Positions 11,831 through 23,098 of a stretch of 64,000 nt of DNA are shown one piece after another. The stretch is from Camelus ferus (lineage: Eukaryota). The stretch covers positions 40,364,001 through 40,428,000 of the forward strand of contig NC_045697.1 of assembly GCF_009834535.1 (NCBI RefSeq), given 5' to 3'. The notes under the pieces were generated by a model. It searched no databases. It was not told the origin of the DNA and worked only from the letters and a program-made list of their open reading frames with translations. Position numbers and translations under genes: made by a program. How positions within the stretch are numbered: position 1 is the first letter of the stretch; each line of letters begins with the position of its first letter.

Positions 11831-13669
11831 ACTGAAATTGTGAAGGTTGAATTTGTATTTTAAAAACCAGAAGGCAAGTTCTGCAAACACTGATGGAGGT
11901 CTTACAGACTTAGATGCTGGGAGTTATGAAACACAGGACAGAAAGCCTCCTGAAAAAGACCAGAACACAGGAGAATTTAATTTACATGGAACTTTCATTC
12001 TTAGAACAACAAATCAAGTTAGTGAGTTTCTAACCCACTGGGTACTTCAAAGATCTAAGGGCAAAATGTATTTACAGTTATTTGCACTTGGTTAAACAAA
12101 AGGTCCAAGTGATTGCTTCATGATTTCCTTGTAATTAATATTGATTCTTGTTTTAAAGTGAGACATATTTCTCGACATTAGACTATCCTTTTCAAAAGAG
12201 TATGTTTATGTTTTTCTTGCACTTTCATTATTTCTTCTCTTCTCATTCAGAGGGATTCACTTTGCCTAGAGATGGATTTTTTTTTTTTAAATAAGAGGAA
12301 TCCAAATAGAAAGAAAGTCAAAATTTGGTTTGTCTGTTCTGAAACAGGCTCTTGAAACTCTTGGCAGAAGCAATCATCTTGAAAGCCAAAGCTTTAGTTT
12401 TGCAAGGCGAAAATCTCGTTAAGGGAGGAAAGGATGTTAGAAAACCAACAGGGTCAGCCACAAAAGGGGCAAAGTATAGACTTTACGTTACAATAATAAA
12501 TTGAAAAGGAAGGGGGCTATTCCGTGCTCCCCACAGATTAAATACGGCTCACCCTGGCTGCCAGCTGGGGATGACTGATTGAGGCATCATGTTGAAGGAG
12601 GTAAGGGGGACTTGAAATGAGGGGACAGGCCTCGGGTGACCACAAGGAGAGGGGCAGAGTCATCTCTCAGTAGCAGCTACCCTGTGGCCACGCTAATACT
12701 CAGAGACCATCCACCCCTGAAGTGTGGCCTGTGCAAGAAGGCCAATTAGCATACTGTTGTCTGGTGAGGACCCACAGGTCTGCCATGAATTGTCTCGCAG
12801 AAGTAACCACGTTTCATGCCCTAAGACCTTTCTTAGCCCATCTGAACTCCCCTGTATGGCCAGCCTTCCTTAAATGGTCCGGGACACTCATGAGCCTTCC
12901 AGACCTCAGTATCTGGAAGAGGCATGTAGGGGACCAGCTCCCTGACAACCTTGCCGGTTTCCATAGAGACCATATGGGCAAGAACTGAGTGCAGTCCAAC
13001 CCAAGTCTTTGGCAAAATGCCTGGTAGTCGGTAGAGCACAGGACTTTCAACTACACCCACTTAGGGTTCAATCACAGACTTTTGCTCAAGTCTACCTGCT
13101 TGGCTGAGGTGGGAACTGGCGCTCCACAGCAGAATGCCCTACCACCTGTGCTGTCTGTCGCCTGCCCCTCTGGTCATGGTCATCCCATGGGACCAGGGAT
13201 ACAGGGAGCAGACCTCATGCTGATCCTGCTTTTGCTTTTGCTTTTGTGTAAACTGTTTGACTCCATTTGCGCTGATGGTCCCCCTACCGGCTGTCTATGG
13301 AGTTGTGGTAAGCAAACTGAAGAGCTGCAGTCAAATCCTCGCAGCCCTGTTACAATCACGCCCTGTGTGGGGACTGCTTGACTGCTTGACAGGGAGGAGG
13401 TCTTGTCCTGTTTTGACAACAGCATGAAAGGAGATTTTCCTTGTTTACTAACAGTCTTTGTTCTCAAAGAGATCCTCCTTTGATCACCTGAGCATGACAT
13501 GAAAGCGGTGGAAACATTATCTTCTTAATTAACTCTAAAGGGCAAAGAAATAAAACATTGATAGGGTTGTTACATGTTCTCTTATCCAAAATGCCCTCTT
13601 CTGATTCCTTGTTAGATTCACTTATCTTAACAGGGTGTCCTTTCTGTATGAAGAAAGAAGCTCTGAGTG

Positions 13670-14420
13670 GTCCCTGGGGCATGAATCCTAGGCCAGTCTC
13701 CTTTGCTCCACTTAACCAGCACTGTCATCTCAGGCAGGTTACTAATGTCTCTGTAACTCAGTGTCCTTACTTGTAAAATGGAGTTGACTTCCAGTAAGTG
13801 TAAGGATTAAATGAAGTAATATATGTAAAATGCTTAGGGACCAACCGGCATGCAGCAAGTGCATAATAAGCATTAGCTATTATACTAATGAAAATAGTGG
13901 TTCTTGAACTTGAAGGTTCTCAAACAGTCCATCTTCTGTTTCTGATTCTGAAGATCTTGGATGGAACTCCAGAATTTGCATTTCTAGCGAGTTCTCCGGT
14001 GATGCTGATGCTACAGTTTTGATGGCTACATTTCGGGCACTACTGGGTTACGATGTAATTTTCAGATAAAGAACAGAGACCCACAATCAAAGTGGCTTAA
14101 AAAAATGGAAGTTTATCTCCGGAAGTCAGATGTCGAGGGCTGGTGTGGCGCTCCTTAAAGCCAGACCTTTTCTATCGAGCTACCTTGCCATCCACAGATT
14201 GTTGTTCCACGTCGTAGATGGCTCACTGCCGTGGCTGAATTCCAGCCAGCAGGAGGGAGAAATGAGAAAAAGAGCGAGAGAATAATACTTCTCTTGAGGG
14301 AGACAAACAAGAAATGTACCCATGATGTGGCCAGAACATAAATCAAATGGACACATCTAGCTCCAAGGGAAGTGGAAGAAATTAGAATTTATTCTGTAGG
14401 CACCAGCTTAGATAAAAAAC
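13670..14420. mobile_element. Cluster of old repeats: MIR (about 13670-13885), MER5-like (about 13895-14050), MLT1-like LTR (about 14055-14420)
   Basis: MIR core CTTGTAAAATGG...AGGATTAAATGA; MER5-type TTGCATTTCTAGCGAGTTCTCCGGTGATGCTGATGCT; MLT1-type CAAAGTGGCTTAAA and CACATCTAGCTCCAAGGGA. Confidence 0.65.
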
Positions 14421-15336
14421 CAGGGTTCTGTTACTCAGAGAAAGAGAGGAGAACAGATATTAACAGGCACCTAGGAGCTCTGAGACACTTACAAGTTGGT
14501 TTCTGCATTTAAACGAGGACAAAAGAATTTTCTATGTGTCAGAGAACATAAATAACCAACTTCATCACCTCCACCACCCTCAACATAAGCATAGTTTATT
14601 TCACTTTTTATCTCTTCTCCATTTAAAGGGGGGAGAAGGAGTCATTTGATTCATTCTTGGGGGAAGGATTATCTTTCTCTGGGAAGAATAAAAATGTTCC
14701 CCCTTTCTTTTCTAATAATCTGAATTCTTGTCAAGTTTCTTCCAGATAGGCCATCAATGGATGCTATGAGAGATTACAGAAGAGGGAGTTCTGCTGGGGA
14801 AGGTCAAAGGGAATTTGGAGCAAGAGGCCAGGGAGGCTAGCTGGCTAGAATGGCAGGAAGAGACTGGAACTCTAGTTCTAAGTAGGAAAAGTATTTCAAG
14901 AGGATGCTTCCATGCAGAAGATACGGCATGACATGGCTGAGAGAACTGGGAGGGGCAGCGTTAGGGTGCCTAGGGGCAGAGTTCAATCATAGCCCTCATC
15001 ATCCCATCCCTCAGTCTTCATCCAGGAATGTCACGTTGCCTCCATCTAGGCCCTGGGGAGTTGGTGGTCCACGGGCCTCACCATCTGAGTACCCATTTGT
15101 GCTGGTGTCCAGACTAAGCTGTAAATCTTTCCTCTGCTTCCATTGCATACCCCCAAGTGAATGCCTTGGCACAGTTCTCCTTTTAAAAAGAGCCACTCCT
15201 ATAAAGGAGACTCCTAGATGCTTGGAGCAATGGTAGAGAATAGTTACCATTCCACGCTCAGGGACTGAAGTAAACGAGCTCAAATCCCTGAGCTAGGATA
15301 CTGGGGAGTGGATGCCCACATTACAGGTTAAAAGCA

Positions 15337-15396
<60 letters not shown>
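15337..15396 (+). repeat. (AAT)20 perfect microsatellite
   Basis: Direct count of 20 uninterrupted AAT units. Confidence 0.97.
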
Positions 15397-15401
<5 letters not shown>

Positions 15402-16149
15402 TTAACTGATTTTGCTATATAAAAATGAGTAACTTCAAAATATTGATAAAGTTCAGAGAGCTCAGACATCCTTCCTAAATCTAAGATTTGATGATTGTAT
15501 CCTATATTGAGATAGTCTGTGACAATGTCACAGATAAACAGTACAGATTATCTATATTGCCTAATATATAGTATTTGTCATGTTGTTCCCAAGGCCTCCA
15601 TCTCATCAAAAGCTTTTGCTTACAAAGATGCATTAGGACAAGGGGGAAATGTTCTGTGAATTCCCAAAAGACAATTTTTATGGCCAGGTAATTCTGTTAC
15701 AATCAGCTGCACCTAAGTATTAAGATGGAAAAGAAGGGGCTGGAGAGGAGAGATGTGATGCGCTGAACAGCTCATAACATGTCAGACTCTGAACAGCAAG
15801 CTGCTGCATACACTCCTTATGTAGGAGATGCGGGAACAAAGAGTGGGAAAGAAAATTCATTTACTCTCAGTAGCACCATTATTCAAGCTCACCTAACTCC
15901 AGAGCTCATGCACTTGCACAATGCCAAGCAGTCTATACAGAAAGGTACACCAAAAATATCAGAGGATCTTTGCTTTGAAAATTTTCTTTAGAGCTCAAGT
16001 CATAAAACACAGCTGGTATAGAAACACAGCTGGCATAGAAAATTGTGATAGAGGACGAGGCTTATTTTTCAGCAATGTTCTCATCATTAGAGACTTCCTG
16101 CCCACTCCTGGCTCAACGTCCATTCCTGACGAATATATATGCCAACGGT

Positions 16150-16670
16150 CAAGAGAACAGATTCTAAAGCCAGTCTGCCTCTGTTTTAACCTCAGCTTTG
16201 CTGTTGTGACCTGGTGCCAGCTGCTTAACCTCTTCATGCCTTGGTCCCTTCATCAATAACATGGAGAATAATAGTACCTACCTGACAGAGTTTTGTGAGG
16301 ATTAAATGAGTTAGCAGTAAGTGACATTGTTGGAATACCTGGGAAATTTTTAGTAAGGACTGTATATTAGAAAATATTATCCTATTTATGTGAAATTTCT
16401 TGAGAATGAGAATGATATGGTGGCTCTGTAGGAGAATTCCTTGTTCTAATGCTAAGTGCTGAAGTATTGAGGGGTGAAGCATTGTGATGCCATGATGTCT
16501 TCAATCGTTAATGGTTTGGCAAAGAAGTAGATGAAGATGAAGAGAGGCACACAGAAATGGAAAGTGATCATGTAAATACGGCAAAAGGTTCACCACGGGT
16601 GAATCTACATGCTCACATCCTCGTCTTCTAACTTTCCCGAAGGCTTGGTATTTTTCAAAGTAAAAAGTTA
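16150..16670 (+). mobile_element. MIR followed by an old L1M 3' fragment
   Basis: CTTAACCTCTTCATGCCT...ATAATAGTACCTACCT...GTGAGGATTAAATGAG, then L1M-like GGTGAATCTA...TTTTCAAAGTAAAAAGTT. Confidence 0.6.
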
Positions 16671-16754
16671 GGAGATGATGAGTTGATGTGTATGTGTAAG
16701 AGTTTTCTACCCCATCCCATCTCTCTTCCACCTAAAACCAAATCAAATAGGAGT

Positions 16755-16960
16755 AGGGTTGCCAGGTATACCACAGGACATTCAGTCAAACTTGAATTTT
16801 AGGCAGTGAATCCTTAATTTAGCAGAAGTATGTCCCCAATACTTCACAAAGGCCAGATACTGCATGGAGCATATGTATACTAAAACATTATTCATTGTTT
16901 ATCTGAAATTCAAACTTCACTAGGCATCCTACATTTTTATTTGTCAAATTTGGCAACGCC
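16755..16960. mobile_element. MER53-like palindromic hAT MITE
   Basis: Terminal inverted repeats AGGGTTGCCA / TGGCAACGCC; internal arms AAACTTGAATTTTAG and CTGAAATTCAAACTT. Confidence 0.75.
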
Positions 16961-17194
16961 AATAAAAGCCATTTATTCCCCCAATATGCATGGTGGACCC
17001 GGCCCACAAGCATGTCATAATCTTAGTTATGTTGACCTATCCATGAGAAAATGGCTCAGTCCTTCTGAGTTTTAAACCGTAGTGGAAATAAGCTTCCATC
17101 CTTTAGCTGAATTGTCCTCCCACTGGTCTCACCTTTTTCAGTTCTAAATCTCTCATTTTTCTTCTTAATTATAACACATTTGAAGGATTGCATT

Positions 17195-17319
17195 TTTATT
17201 TGTGATAAAACCCATTGATAGAATATACATACAGGTCACATAAAAATACATGAGGATGATTATTAAACCTAATATACAGTGATGGTTAGGTAACGTGATT
17301 AAAGAACTACACATTTATT
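17195..17319 (-). terminator. IBSP: IBSP candidate polyadenylation signals (two AATAAA)
   Basis: AATAAA on the minus strand at 17314-17319 and 17195-17200, about 385 and 500 nt past the normal stop. Confidence 0.6.
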
Positions 17320-17702
17320 GTATACAGTGTTACTAATAATGTCAGTGAATCTCTTCTAAGAAGCACTTCTTGCACAAAGAGTATGTTTTAGCAGTTAGTG
17401 CAAACACATTAAAATACTATTTATAGAACTACAACCTCAAAACATTCAGTCTCACTCGGTCTCATGCACTGGTTTACCACTTGACCAACGACCCTGATTT
17501 ACAACCTTTCAATAACATACCAGGGAAAAGCAACAGGAAGCCCATCACCTGCAGAAGCAACTGCAGAGAGCCACTTTGGAACAGCAGCACCATTCCACGT
17601 TATAATATGCACATTTGTTGTATTGCACCTTCCTGAGTTGAACTTGGAAAACGGTAGCCACGCATGACGCCAGCGCGGGTGAGTCCGCCCCAGTCTGGGC
17701 CC

Positions 17703-18240
17703 TCACTGGTGGTAGGAGTAATCTTGACCGTCATAGCTGTCGTAGCCACGCCCTTTGTAGTAGCTGTACTCATCCTCATAGGCTCGGAAATTGTCCCCAC
17801 GTGGGTCACCATTCTCATTTTCGTAGATTTCATATCCAGTGTCATACTCACTGGTGCCTGTTTGTTCGTACTCCTCGTATCCAGGGGTGGTGGTTTTCCC
17901 AGCTGGGGGCGGGGTAGTCCCATGGACCTCCCCGGGTGGAGGCGTAGGCACAAACCTGCCATTTGGAGAGGTGGTGACCTTAGAGCCACCGTTGCCCTGC
18001 CCTCCAGCCACTGTGGTTCCTTTGGCGCTGGCAGTCAGTGACGCCCTCTTCCTCTCCACGGTCCCCACCGCTGCTGCCGTTGCCAGAGTCCACCTCTGTG
18101 CTGTTGGTGCTGGTGCCGTTGGTGACTTGCTCATTATCGTCCACTTCTGCTTCATTTTCTTCGTTTTCATTTTCTTCCTCTTCCTCCTCTTCTTCATCAC
18201 TTTCCTCCTCTTTTGTAGCCTTCTTTCCTATATTCCCAGC
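17703..18240 (-). CDS. IBSP: IBSP exon 7 coding region (second poly-Glu, RGD and Tyr-rich tail), interrupted by a +1 frameshift near 18033
   Basis: From the acceptor at 18240 it reads AGNIGKKATKEEESDEEEEEEEE...GGDRGEEEGVTD. The homologous ASAKGTT...DPRGDNFRAYEDEYSYYKGRGYDSYDGQDYSYHQ* continues in a different frame. The span is 538 nt (3n+1). RGD is at 17793-17801 and TGA at 17703-17705. Confidence 0.93.
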
Positions 18241-18809
18241 CTGTAAGAAAAAGTTTGAAAGAATCCAAATCTAGGTGTGTAAAACAGAGAACTTAAGGCC
18301 ATACTTTGTCCAACACAGGCTGTGCTGTCAGCCTTGCTCTATGTGGACTTTTGAACTGAAGCCGATTAAACTTACAAAAGAATTAGTGGGGGGAGGGGTG
18401 TTAAAAATTCTGAATCAGTGCCTGTTATCATTGGGTTTTGGCAGAGAGAAAGAAACCTGCTAAGTACGTCTTCTCTGTGGGAGATGCTTTCTATAGCTTT
18501 GCTGCTCACTTTCTCTGTCTCGGAATCCTCTCCCCTGACATGCAATGGCATCTCTCGGGACCTTATATCCTTTGCTACAGTGCTCGTCCTTAGTGTTCTG
18601 TGATAGTGCTGAAAGTCAGTGTAACAACATGGGGAGAGGACTTGCCTGGAAGAAGATCTTTCTTATTTGTAAATAAGGGCGTTGTACCTGTTCTTACTTT
18701 TTCACGAATTAACGAAGATAGTATAAAATACTCTGTGTATAGTGTCAGGATAACCTCAGACTTCAGTAAAGAAATGAGGTCAGATTCAACATTTTGGAGG
18801 AGTTGTTAC

Positions 18810-18983
18810 CTTCTTGGGAAGTTGGATGCCAGCCAGACCTATATTCCCAGTTCCAGGTGTGATCTCCTCTCCATAGCCAAGCGTGGTAGTGGAAAGGGTG
18901 GCGTTCTCAGCCTCAGAATCTTCGTCTTCATTTGCATCAGAATCTTCATTCTCTTCATTGTTTTCTTCCTCATTTGAAGTCTC
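18810..18983 (-). CDS. IBSP: IBSP exon 6: ETSNEEENNEENEDSDANEDEDSEAENATLSTTTLGYGEEITPGTGNIGLAGIQLPKK
   Basis: 174 nt, CAG acceptor, GTAAC donor, phase 0; acidic, with an N-glycosylation sequon (NAT). Confidence 0.95.
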
Positions 18984-20734
18984 CTGGGGGAAATGTCCAG
19001 AGCAAGAAAAGTTATTTTAGCCAGAAGATAACTCAAGATTTGCTGGAATCATGAACCATTACTGGAAAAATGCTCCATATCCCTCAGCCAGTTTCTCACC
19101 CGATGTTACAATTCTGCTTCCTCTTACGCCGTTTGCACCTTTCACTTCTCAGAACTCAGTTCCGTTTTCTCATCGTATTTACTTCACTGTAGTGTGTTTT
19201 AGATATTTCTAAGTTGTATTTAATCATTTCAAAAATATTTGTGTAATAGTTTCAGCGTATCTGACTGTATGGTGTCATACCATACATGGCTTAGGCCCTT
19301 GAAGTCTTGTTAATAACTACATGACATGATAGTACGTTAATTATTGTATTTGCTGACAAATCAGCTGAGAACTTTATACCTATTTTTTATTCCTTTTAGC
19401 AGCCTTGTAAGGTAGAATTATTACTCACACTCTTTAGAAAAGGAAAGTGAACTCAGATAAGTTAAATAACGTGTTCAAAGTCTCATACTAAGTGATGAAA
19501 CTGTATCTTTCTAACTAAAAAAAGCTGAGCCTTTCTATTACACCAGGACAGTTTCGATGATGATTAGGATTTATGTGAATTGTCTACACTACACCTAGGC
19601 TATTTTTTCAGGAAGGGATTTTTTATAGAAACCCCTGTCTTCAAACAAATTGATTGCATGTCTTATTTTCTACCAAAAAGAAGTGAATGTATTTCATTTA
19701 TTTTCAGGAGCTTTTAAAGAAAAAAAAAGATATATTAAATTCAAAATCCATCTGCCGATATATAAGCCAGTTCTGTGCTGTGTGAAGTATTCAAAAGATT
19801 TCAGGCATTTGACATACAATTTTTCTGTGCAATGAAGAAACTAAACACATCAAGAAATCCTTAGTGATATTATTATGTTATTGCATGAAGATTTTTTAAA
19901 AAAAATTACCACTCCTCAACTGAATGTTACTATCATCTTTAACATTTTATTCTTTTGCCTTTACTCCATGTTGTTAGGCAATTGTTGATTGAATTAATTT
20001 CCCAATGTAATTCATTGCTAATATTTAAAGTCAGGAATTCATACAAAGAATTTACTTACTTTAAATGAGTACTAGAAAGTTGAATTTATTTCAGTGTACT
20101 TTTAAAGGATGGTGATGTTAGGATAACTTTAAACTAGGCAGCCTATATTTTAAGACTTTAAAAACAAACAAAACCCAGATTTAGCCTACCTTATTACTAA
20201 AACAAAGTAACTAAAGAAGACTGTGTTTGTTTCTCTAGGTTTGTAATTCCACTGTTTTCAATGAACTCTTGGGAGTAGTAGAGTCCACCCCAAAACAGTC
20301 TCCAAGCTAATTGTGTCAAATATCCCACAAACACCATACTGTTTATTTGTTTTTTTCATGTTTATATGCTTTAGTCCAACAGGCTAACCTTTTCGGGGGA
20401 GAAGGCAGAAAGATGCTTAGAGAAGGAGAAGATACAGGCTGGGTCCTGCGCTCTTACTCCATGAAAAACCTGAAGTCCAATGGGATAAATGACTTGGATG
20501 AGGTCAAAGAGATGGCAGTTCATTTGCGGCTGAGTCATGACTGCGGTCCTGAACTCCCAACTAATAGGATTCTACGTTTTCTCCTATGACACCCTCTCTT
20601 GTCCTAGTACTTTATTTAATGATGTCCTGCTGCAGTGAGTTAAAAAGGAAAATAGGTCAGTCTTTTGATGGGTATTAGGCCTTATATATCTTTTTGAATA
20701 GACAAATCAGCAATAATGTGTGCTTAGAAAGTGT

Positions 20735-21380
20735 TATTAGCCCCCTAGAATGGCTAAAAATACTGAAAGGAACAAGCGTTGGTGAGAATGCAGAGCCACC
20801 GTAAGGCGCGTATGCAGATGGTGGGAGTTTACATCAGTGTATCAGCTTTGGGAAACTGTTTGGTCGCATCTCGTCAGGTTGAACATAAGCAGACTGTTTG
20901 AAGTGTGGACATTTCATATGTTCACGAAGAAGGAGGACTAGAATGTTCACAGAAGTGCTTTTCTGTCATAGCCCAGACCTGAAAACTCCCCAGATGCCCA
21001 TCAACAGAAGAATAACACATTGTGGTACATTTGCATAATAAAACACTCACAATGAGAATGAACGATTTATAGCTATAGAACCAAATGGGTCAACCGCTGA
21101 AGCTGAGAGTGGAAGAGGCCACACGCAGAAGAGTAGGCGCTGTGCGATTCCATGTATAACACAAAAAGAGTCAAGAGCAATCTACCTTTTAGGAGTCAAC
21201 ATAGCAGTTGCCTGTGGTGGGGATGGTTAATGAATGCAATGGAGCACAAAGCATGTGCTGCTTTTTTTATACGGGGGCCAGTTACTCTTGAGTGTTCAAT
21301 TTTTGAAATTTCAGTCATCTGTACACTTATGATAATTGTGTTATTAGGTACATTATATTTCAATAAAAGTTTTTAAAAAG
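20735..21380 (+). mobile_element. Old L1M(E) 3' fragment in IBSP intron 5
   Basis: GTTGGTGAGAATGCAGAG...GCAGATGGTGGGAGT...CTTTGGGAAACTGTTTGG...CCCAGATGCCCATCAACAGAAG...TTTCAATAAAAG. Confidence 0.7.
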
Positions 21381-23035
21381 TGAAACTGAATAATTTAGGA
21401 GTAGGAAAAATGTATTATCTTTAAATAGAAAATATGCCTAAGCACCTTCTCATGGGACTATAATTCTTAGGGACTCTATTTAACCTGAATTGCCAATGAA
21501 ATTTTAGGGAAGAAATGGTGAAACAGAGAGGTTTTAAACTCTCTTCAGGATGGGCAATTCCCAGTTTTATTCATTTGGTTTTCTGTTATCACTTTGAATA
21601 AATGGTCTTTGGAGCATTTAATAAGTGCCCTCTGAAGTTTCAAAACCAAACCAGCAAACATTTACCGGGCACTATATGTGTACAAGAAACTGGGCGAGGC
21701 AGTGAGGGTACAGCACTGCTCCTCCTCAAAGCAGGGATTGTAACCCGAGGTCTCTAGTCTCCTGGGTCATGCAGTTTGCAGATGAGTGCTGGGAGGACCA
21801 TAAATGTTCAGAGATTGTTGGCAAAATATTAAGTATGTGGGATTTCATCAGAGTCCACCATCACAACAAATGAAGAACCAGTGCCAAAAGGTACGCAGTC
21901 TAGTTGGGAAGTCTAGCTGGCAAGGCAATTTTGCAGTCATTGTACGGCAAACAGCTGTAGTGAAATGGATTACCCTAGTTTAGCTCTTGAGTAAGATTAT
22001 TATGTGGAACTCCAGGCAAAATTTTGTGGGATTTAGTAGGTGGCATTTTTCTTGGTACTGACAACATTCTTGTAAGGTCTTCCTTTAAAAGCTATTGGGG
22101 TAAATTATGGTACTGAAAATGTTACTAAAAGTAACATAAAATGGTTTTTAAAAATATCAAACTAATTATTTGTCACTTTTAAACTTCCCACACCACTTTG
22201 TTTTCAGGACAGTAGACGTTTACCCATGATCCATTTGGACTGTCATTGTCCCTTCATAAATAGCATCTAAGAATACCTGAATTTAGAAGGTTCCTAAACC
22301 AGTGGGTGGCTATAATTGACTATCCAGAAAAATGTACCTAATTAGTATGTTTCCATGGGCAAGAGTGTCAGTTATAAACACGTTAGCACAATTTCCAAGT
22401 TATATGGATGAATTTTAGCCACAAACGACACTAATTTGTAGTACTGTATAGTAAGGTATCTGTACATCTTGATTATTTCCATTTCTATGAAAACATGAAT
22501 TTTATTATTAGGCAAAAAGACATGAAATTCCAATTAGGAAGAACAAGTAGAAAAGAACTACTTTATGAGTCCAGAAAGGCGGATGAATCACAATAACATT
22601 GTAGAGGATGTAAGATTAGCTTTCATATACTACCCACTTATTAAATTGAATTTTTCAAGTTTAGTCCTTAAAACAAGTATTGCGCTGAGTTTAGGATTAT
22701 TGTGTATTTGTCTTTTACTATCATGCTCAATCCACCTAAATATAAATAACACTTCTTTTTTTGATCAGAATTTATATTTCTTCCACTTAAAATAGAGACA
22801 CTTTTGTATTTGTGTACCACGAACAGGTAACTTTAACCCCAAACTGCAATAGTGTTTTAAACAGGTCATTTTAGTTAGTTTTAATTTAAATAACATTCCA
22901 TTTGTCCAAAATAGAAGACTGTGGGCAGTTGGTAAGCTGGCGATGGTTATTTGCTGAGTCTGGAGTACAGGAGACTAGTTTCCTATTTGTTTTTTGTGCT
23001 GCCTGGTTATGAAAAAACCTGCAGAAATTCCTTAC

Positions 23036-23098
23036 CTCTTCTTCCTCCTCTTCTGAGCTATCACCATCTGCGTTTTCTTCAGATGAGTCACTGCTGCT
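23036..23098 (-). CDS. IBSP: IBSP exon 5: SSSDSSEENADGDSSEEEEEE (first poly-Glu tract)
   Basis: 63 nt, TAG acceptor after a T tract, GTAAG donor, phase 0. Confidence 0.96.

Noticed and set aside
17703..18200. 165-aa ORF with a Lys/Arg-rich N-terminus as a standalone gene
   Set aside because: It joins the off-frame poly-Glu region to the true IBSP C-terminus and exists only because of the frameshift.
17600..18274. Several overlapping ORFs (17600-17989 -, 17664-18041 +, 17839-18246 +, 18038-18274 +)
   Set aside because: Shadow frames of the GC-rich, low-complexity IBSP exon 7, with no independent promoter or splice support.
18810..18983. IBSP exon 6 appears a few codons longer than the recalled human exon
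   Set aside because: In-frame length variation in an acidic low-complexity region; I recall a similar extension in cattle.
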